Shown here one piece after another: positions 58,935 through 64,000 of a stretch of 64,000 nucleotides of DNA. The number at the start of each line of letters is the position of its first letter. Within the stretch, counting starts at the first letter, position 1. A model generated the notes under the pieces. The model searched no databases. It was given only the letters and a program-made list of their open reading frames with translations, and was not told the origin of the DNA. The translations under genes were made by a program, and so were the position numbers. The DNA comes from Minisyncoccota bacterium (GTDB lineage: Bacteria; Patescibacteriota; Minisyncoccia; Phycocordibacterales; XYD1-FULL-46-19): assembly GCA_041663165.1 (NCBI GenBank), contig JBAZRF010000001.1, positions 736 to 64,735 of the forward strand, written 5' to 3'.

Positions 58935-59930
58935 ATGTTATTAGATGAAGTCAAAATCAAGGTAATCGCTGGCCATGGCGGGAGAGGCGCGGTGGCTTTT
59001 AATAAACTTAAACTGGTGCAGGGGCCCAACGGCGGCAATGGTGGCAAGGGTGGGAGCATTATCTTTGAGGGGGTTTCGGACCTTGGCGCCCTGTCTCAAT
59101 TTCGTTATCAAAAAGATGTTATTGCCTCAGATGGTGGTCGTGGCCATGGTAATTTTGTTGACGGTCCTGATGCGGAGAACCTGATTTTGAGAATTCCCGT
59201 AGGCACGGTTATTCATAATTTAACGACCGGTAAAGATGTCGAAATGACCGCCATTGGTGAACAACTCTTAATTGCTAAAGGGGGCAAAGCGGGCAAGGGT
59301 AATTTTAAATTTCGTTCTTCGACTAATACTACCCCAAAAGAATTTCAGCCCGGCCTACCCGGAGAAAGTTTCGAATTAGAGCTCGAATTAAAACTAATTG
59401 CCGACGTTGGTCTAATTGGTTTGCCCAATGTTGGCAAATCTACTTTGCTCAATTTACTCACTAATGCCAAAAGTAAGGTGGCTAATTACCCTTTTACCAC
59501 TCTCGAACCCAATCTCGGTGTTTATTATGATTTGGTTCTGGCTGATATCCCTGGTTTAATTGAGGGTGCCTCCGAGGGTAAGGGTTTGGGTCATAAATTT
59601 TTGCGTCACGTTGAACGAACTAAAACTCTTTTTCACCTTGTCTCGGCCGATAGTGCTGATCTTAAAAAAGATTACGAAACGATTCGGGCCGAACTCTCGG
59701 CTTACAACCCCAAACTGGCCGAAAAGCCTGAATATTTAATTATTGCCAAAACCGACATGGTCTCCCCCGCCGAACTCAAAAAACTAATTACCAAAGCCAA
59801 AAAACTAAAATGTTCGTCACTCGGTGACCAACAAAGTGATGTTCTTACCCTCTCAATTATCGATGACGCCTCGCTTGAGCCAATCAAAAAAGTGCTTAAC
59901 AGAATTGCTGACGGAAAAAAGAAAAGTTAA
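58935..59930 (+). CDS. obg: GTPase Obg
   Basis: Gly-rich Obg fold (GGRGAVAFNKLK, GGNGGKGG) and G domain GLIGLPNVGKSTLLN. The start is moved to MLLDEVKIKV. Confidence 0.9.
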   Translation: MLLDEVKIKVIAGHGGRGAVAFNKLKLVQGPNGGNGGKGGSIIFEGVSDLGALSQFRYQKDVIASDGGRGHGNFVDGPDAENLILRIPVGTVIHNLTTGKDVEMTAIGEQLLIAKGGKAGKGNFKFRSSTNTTPKEFQPGLPGESFELELELKLIADVGLIGLPNVGKSTLLNLLTNAKSKVANYPFTTLEPNLGVYYDLVLADIPGLIEGASEGKGLGHKFLRHVERTKTLFHLVSADSADLKKDYETIRAELSAYNPKLAEKPEYLIIAKTDMVSPAELKKLITKAKKLKCSSLGDQQSDVLTLSIIDDASLEPIKKVLNRIADGKKKS

Positions 59931-60991
59931 ATTTTGGGTCCGCCGATGAGGGTGATAATCATGCCAATGATGGCGAAGACGATGCCGATGATCCAGTAGC
60001 GCATCACGACTTTGTAAGCGGGCCAGCCGATGGCTTCGAAATGATGATGAAGAGGTGCTACGAGAAAAATCTTTTTGCCATGGCGGAATTTTTTTGAGGC
60101 CATCTGGATAATATTTGAGAGAACGGTGGCGACAAGTGGCAAAGCAATAATTGGCAAAGTGGCAACTGAATCAGTAAGGAAGGCGACAACTGTTAAGGCG
60201 GTAGTTAGGCCTAAAATACCTGTTTCGGACATATAAAAGCGCGCTGGTGGGATATTAAACCACAAAAAAGCTAAGAGTCCGCCGGTGACTGCTCCACAAA
60301 AAGCGGCCAGGTCGATTTGATTTTGAAAGAAAGCGATAACCGTGTAAGAAGCAAAAATAATGGCCATTACACCGCCGGAAAGGCCATCTAACCCATCAAT
60401 CACTCCGCTTGCGAATAAAGCAATCATCACTAAAACAAATAGCGGGATAATCAGCCAGCCGAGCGTTAGGATACCAACAAAAGGTAGGGTGATGGCCGTT
60501 ACTCCTAACTTAAAATAAAACCAATAAGCGCCAATTAGGCCCAAAAGGGTGACAATAAGTAGGCGGTGTGAGAAGGGCAAGCCGGCATTTTTACAGTCTT
60601 GCTCAGCTTTAACCTGGCGCCAGTCATCAACTAAGCCAACGATCGAGCCGACCAGGAGAGTAAAGAGCGGTAACCAAGTTTGATTACGGCTAAAGAAATT
60701 GAATTTATCTGTCCCAGCCCAAAACGAAGTAATAAGCCAAAAAAGCAGGGTAGTAATTAAGACGCTGCCCCAAATCACAATTCCGCCCATGCGCGGTGTG
60801 CCGGTATCTCGATTTTTATGAAGTTCATTAAAAATGGGTGTGGCGCAGCCATCGGGAGCAATCTTGCCAGCCTTTTTCTTCCACATTTTATTTTTATATA
60901 ACCAGTTAGTCAGAAACGGGGTTATCCCCATCCCAATAAAAAAGGCCACGGCCGCCGGCAAAAAAACTTTCAATAAACTCAAGTAAGCCAT
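59927..60991 (-). CDS. mraY: Phospho-N-acetylmuramoyl-pentapeptide transferase MraY
   Basis: Motif VIDGLDGLSGG and the 10-TM PNPT family layout. Confidence 0.8.
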   Translation of the reverse strand: MAYLSLLKVFLPAAVAFFIGMGITPFLTNWLYKNKMWKKKAGKIAPDGCATPIFNELHKNRDTGTPRMGGIVIWGSVLITTLLFWLITSFWAGTDKFNFFSRNQTWLPLFTLLVGSIVGLVDDWRQVKAEQDCKNAGLPFSHRLLIVTLLGLIGAYWFYFKLGVTAITLPFVGILTLGWLIIPLFVLVMIALFASGVIDGLDGLSGGVMAIIFASYTVIAFFQNQIDLAAFCGAVTGGLLAFLWFNIPPARFYMSETGILGLTTALTVVAFLTDSVATLPIIALPLVATVLSNIIQMASKKFRHGKKIFLVAPLHHHFEAIGWPAYKVVMRYWIIGIVFAIIGMIITLIGGPKI

Positions 60992-60997
60992 AGTTAG

Positions 60998-61942
60998 TTA
61001 TTTGTTAGAATAATAATTTAAGGTGGCCTCGACTAACTTTTGAGTGTCGGTAAATCGCCCTTGCTCGCTCGAACCAAGCACCACAATTGCTACCGGTCGG
61101 CGTAAGCCAAGGTTAGCGGCAATTGCCAAATTGCCTCCAGCCAAGTCGGTGAGCCCGGTCTTTGAGGCAAGTAGCCCTGGGATCTCATTAACAATCTCGT
61201 CTGTATTTAAAACCGTATGATTAAAGTTGTCCAAACTCTTCTCTGTTATCGAGGCTTCCCTTGTGGCCGACAAAAGTTTTGGATTATTTTTTATAACATA
61301 AGAAAATAATTTAGCTACCGACAGGGCTGAGCCGGAGCCTCCGGGCTGAAAGTTTTCGTCCAAGCCAGTTGGATTGATAAAGCGGAGATCGATTAGACCC
61401 AGTTCAAGCGCTTTATTGTTCATCTGGTCGATAAATTCTGTTTGGTTCGGGCCGGCGAGGGCGGTCGCGCCATCGTTTGACGAACCGACTAAAGTCAGGG
61501 CGGCGAGATTAGCTAATGACCATTTTTCGCCCAGACGCAATCCCCCGCTACTGTCGTTGCTTGTCTTGTCGATGGTAATCGACTTTTGGGGTGTTCCCGT
61601 TTCGCTGGCCACTAACACGGTCATTAATTTGGTAATCGAGGCGAGCGGTAAAACCTGCTCCTCTTTTTTCCCGGCAATGAGCTCGCCCTTTTCGATGTCG
61701 TAAACGGCAAAGGCTTTAGCTTCTAAATTTAAACGACCAAAGGCCAGGGCTCGATCTACTTCTTTTTGTTCCTCAACTTTTTGAGCCGCAATCTGGTTGG
61801 CTTTTTCTTGAAGTTCAAAAAAATTAGGATAAGAAAAATAAAATCCACCCCAAATTAAAAGCAGGGCCAAAATTAAACTAATGATGACGCCATTGTCATA
61901 TTTGTTCTTAATTTTCGGTTCCATCTTCGTTTGACTGTTCAA
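60998..61942 (-). CDS. D-alanyl-D-alanine carboxypeptidase (S11, PBP5/6-like)
   Basis: SXXK (LASITK), SxN (GSSND) and KTG (SKTGLTD). Confidence 0.8.
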   Translation of the reverse strand: MNSQTKMEPKIKNKYDNGVIISLILALLLIWGGFYFSYPNFFELQEKANQIAAQKVEEQKEVDRALAFGRLNLEAKAFAVYDIEKGELIAGKKEEQVLPLASITKLMTVLVASETGTPQKSITIDKTSNDSSGGLRLGEKWSLANLAALTLVGSSNDGATALAGPNQTEFIDQMNNKALELGLIDLRFINPTGLDENFQPGGSGSALSVAKLFSYVIKNNPKLLSATREASITEKSLDNFNHTVLNTDEIVNEIPGLLASKTGLTDLAGGNLAIAANLGLRRPVAIVVLGSSEQGRFTDTQKLVEATLNYYSNK

Positions 61943-62480
61943 TATTGACCAAAACCTGTTCGGTCAGAAAATTAGCGACTTGTTTTTTTATTGTCTCAAA
62001 TTCGGGCAAATCCTCAACTTTTTCAATACCAAGGTGTCGTAATAGGTCGAGTGTTGGTCGATAAATAAAACGTCGAGCATCTTTTTTATCAATCTCACGT
62101 TCAATTAAACCACGAACGAGGAGATGGCGCAAAATAAAGCTGGAGTTAACTCCGCGCACATAATCAATCTCGGCCCGCGCCAGCGGTCCCTCATAGATAA
62201 TTAAGGTCAAAGTTTCAAGCGCCGCTTTGCCCAAATCGCGCGATAACTCCTCCTTGGTAATTTGTTCAATAATCGCTCCGGCCTCGCTCGCGGTGCCGAG
62301 CATTACTTCTTCACCCTGCCTAATTATTCTAACTCCCCTTTCAGCGAGGTTCCCTCCCAGCTGATTAAGGCTGGACTCAATTTCTTCAGTCGAAACGCTA
62401 AGCCATTTAACCAATTGGCTCACAGTTACCGCTTCGGCTTTGTAAAATAAAATAGCCTCTATTTTTGCTTCTAAACTCAT
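61908..62480 (-). CDS. scpB: Segregation and condensation protein B
   Basis: Tandem winged-helix ScpB sequence (EAILFYKAEAVTVSQL...; LETLTLIIYEGPLARAEID). Confidence 0.85.
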   Translation of the reverse strand: MSLEAKIEAILFYKAEAVTVSQLVKWLSVSTEEIESSLNQLGGNLAERGVRIIRQGEEVMLGTASEAGAIIEQITKEELSRDLGKAALETLTLIIYEGPLARAEIDYVRGVNSSFILRHLLVRGLIEREIDKKDARRFIYRPTLDLLRHLGIEKVEDLPEFETIKKQVANFLTEQVLVNIEQSNEDGTEN

Positions 62481-62535
62481 GATTATTTTTTTATATTATA
62501 CCCTACCCGACATTCTAAATACTAATCCCGAAATA

Positions 62536-63261
62536 CTAATATCTCGGTACACCAACCGATTTATTTTCCATCTCAATTTCGGCAAAGTGCGCTTTTTGTT
62601 CGATATTGATGGCGCCTTGTTTAACGAGCTCAAGCATGCCGAGAAAACTGACAATAATATTAACTTTATCTTTTTTGTCCTTAACAAAATCACCGAACGA
62701 CATTTTGAGAGCTCGGCTAACCCGTTCAGCCAAGTCGCTAATCACCTCCTCCAAACTAATCACTTTTTTAATGATTGTTTGCGGAATAATTTCTTTAGTC
62801 GGCAAATTATTGAGCAGTCGCTTAACGGCCTCGAATAGGCCGGGCAAAGTTATTTCGCGCGTTGGCGAAAAAACAATTACCGGCGCCGAACCCTCTTCCC
62901 GGCCAAAAATGATGTCCTTACCGAATCTTTCTTTAAGATGCCGGCTTAGGTCACGGACGCGTTGTAAACGCTTGAGTCGGTCTTCGAGGTCTGACACGCT
63001 TTCTTTTTCTTCTTCACTCAACTGTAATCCTGGGAGTAAGGCTAGGGACTTAATGAGCATGAGGGTCGAAGCGACCATAATAAAATTGGCCATCAGCTCC
63101 ATCGATTGATTCTCTTGGTTTTTCAGATAATTAACATAGCCATCTGCCACTTGCGCTAAAGACACCTGCGAGATGTGCATTTTGCGCTTCTCGATCAGGT
63201 TGAGTAGCAAATCCAAAGGACCCTCAAAATCCGCGATTTTAACCCTAAAATTCTCTTCCAT
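62536..63261 (-). CDS. scpA: Segregation and condensation protein A
   Basis: ScpA N-terminus (FEGPLDLLLNLIEKRKMHISQVSLAQVAD). Confidence 0.85.
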   Translation of the reverse strand: MEENFRVKIADFEGPLDLLLNLIEKRKMHISQVSLAQVADGYVNYLKNQENQSMELMANFIMVASTLMLIKSLALLPGLQLSEEEKESVSDLEDRLKRLQRVRDLSRHLKERFGKDIIFGREEGSAPVIVFSPTREITLPGLFEAVKRLLNNLPTKEIIPQTIIKKVISLEEVISDLAERVSRALKMSFGDFVKDKKDKVNIIVSFLGMLELVKQGAINIEQKAHFAEIEMENKSVGVPRY

Positions 63262-63301
63262 TAAGCCAATTTTACCTTTTTATGGTGAGCTTGTCGAACT
63301 A

Positions 63302-64000
63302 CTATTTGTCGGTCGATAACAGATTGTCTATACGATTCATGTCCCTCGGGAAAGAGGTGGCCTCCTTGATGTTTGCGAGTTCAAGCAGTCGGGCAGTGAA
63401 GCGCTCAAGGCCAGTTGAGGATCCGCCATGGGGAGGCATACCATATTTGAAGGTTTGTAGATAAAACTTAAATTTCTCTGGATCCATGCCTCGGCTCTTT
63501 ATTTTTTCTACCAACTCTTCGTAATTATGAATTCGCTGGCTACCACTATTGATTTCCAATCCACGAAAGATTAAGTCAAAACTGAGCGATAACTTCGGAT
63601 TGGTTGGATCGGCATAAGTGTAAAAAGCTCGCTTTGATGTTGGGAAATGGGTAATGAAGACAAAGTCTGATCCTTTTTCTCTTTTTGCCCACTCGCAAAT
63701 TTGTCGCTCATGTTCCGGTTCCATGTCCGGTTCACCAACCGCTTTTGTGCCGAATTCTTTTTCGAGAATTTCTTGCGCTTCAAGCAGGGTTAAGATTGGA
63801 AATTTTTCGGGGATCAAGGGCTTTTCGGTGTTAAATTCTTTAAAAACCTCGGCATGTCTATCGGCTACCGCATTAACCGAATCTTTGATCGCTTGTTCGA
63901 GCACGGCCATCGGATCCAAATGATTTTTGATGAAACCCATCTCAAAGTCCATCTGGGTGATTTCGCTGATATGTCTCGTCGTCGCTGATTTCTCGGCGCG
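63302..64000 (-). CDS. Aspartyl/asparaginyl-tRNA synthetase (class IIb), C-terminal part; 5' end lies beyond the window
   Basis: Motif 2 end (FEMGFI), FDLIFRGLEINSGSQR and motif 3 GMPPHGGSSTGLER. The ORF stays open to the window edge. Confidence 0.8.
   Translation of the reverse strand, partial: RAEKSATTRHISEITQMDFEMGFIKNHLDPMAVLEQAIKDSVNAVADRHAEVFKEFNTEKPLIPEKFPILTLLEAQEILEKEFGTKAVGEPDMEPEHERQICEWAKREKGSDFVFITHFPTSKRAFYTYADPTNPKLSLSFDLIFRGLEINSGSQRIHNYEELVEKIKSRGMDPEKFKFYLQTFKYGMPPHGGSSTGLERFTARLLELANIKEATSFPRDMNRIDNLLSTDK

Noticed and set aside
1-64000. CRISPR arrays, rRNA genes, transposases/integrases, and restriction-modification or other known defence genes.
   Set aside because: I found no regular repeat-spacer periodicity, no rRNA-like conserved blocks and no DDE or tyrosine-recombinase motifs. 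The GC-rich inserts therefore lack an obvious mobility gene within this window.

Overview
This 64 kb window looks like chromosomal DNA from a small-genome bacterium. The background is about 40-43% GC, with densely packed and often overlapping genes. A short ProRS without an editing domain plus a stand-alone YbaK/ProX deacylase suggests a Patescibacteria/CPR-like lineage, but that is inference only.

Most of the window is housekeeping:
- a diadenylate cyclase (DAC) domain protein, pyruvate kinase and HPF
- the fmt-def pair, a PriA-like protein and MurA
- two mreB paralogues, the second in an mreB-mreC-mreD-PBP2 cluster
- frr, rseP, proS, greA and lysS
- a dcw block: mraZ-rsmH-ftsL-ftsI-murF
- one tRNA-Glu(CUC)
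- a DedA/GT4/GT2 membrane glycosylation trio
- an OmpR-type response regulator plus a hybrid histidine kinase, next to a DUF5011-repeat peptidoglycan-binding surface protein
- rmuC, rplU, recR, dnaB, cysS, a CorA-like transporter, a Ctp protease, rplI and rpmA
- an M23 peptidase, gltX, a murG-ftsW pair, obg, a mraY-dacA pair, scpA/scpB and a truncated Asp/Asn-tRNA synthetase

The main anomaly is compositional. At least eight discrete GC-rich (about 55-60%) single-gene or non-coding inserts sit among the core genes: 4.28-4.83 kb, 27.6-28.6 kb, 37.13-37.35 kb, 38.3-39.45 kb, 40.6-41.6 kb, 44.3-46.1 kb and 51.1-52.1 kb. Most encode unrecognisable secreted or hypothetical proteins, and several carry near-consensus sigma70 promoters and strong RBSs. 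One has a leader with its own promoter and intrinsic terminator, and another is flanked by an iteron-like repeat array with a DnaA box.

Other notable points are a surface protein with five tandem Cys-containing 29-aa repeats, MraZ-type operator repeats, a PriA with degenerate ATPase motifs and a palindrome inside the holB-like gene. I found no CRISPR array, rRNA or recognisable transposase, and I could not recognise a complete known defence system. The GC-rich hypothetical gene pairs are the best candidates for something undescribed.
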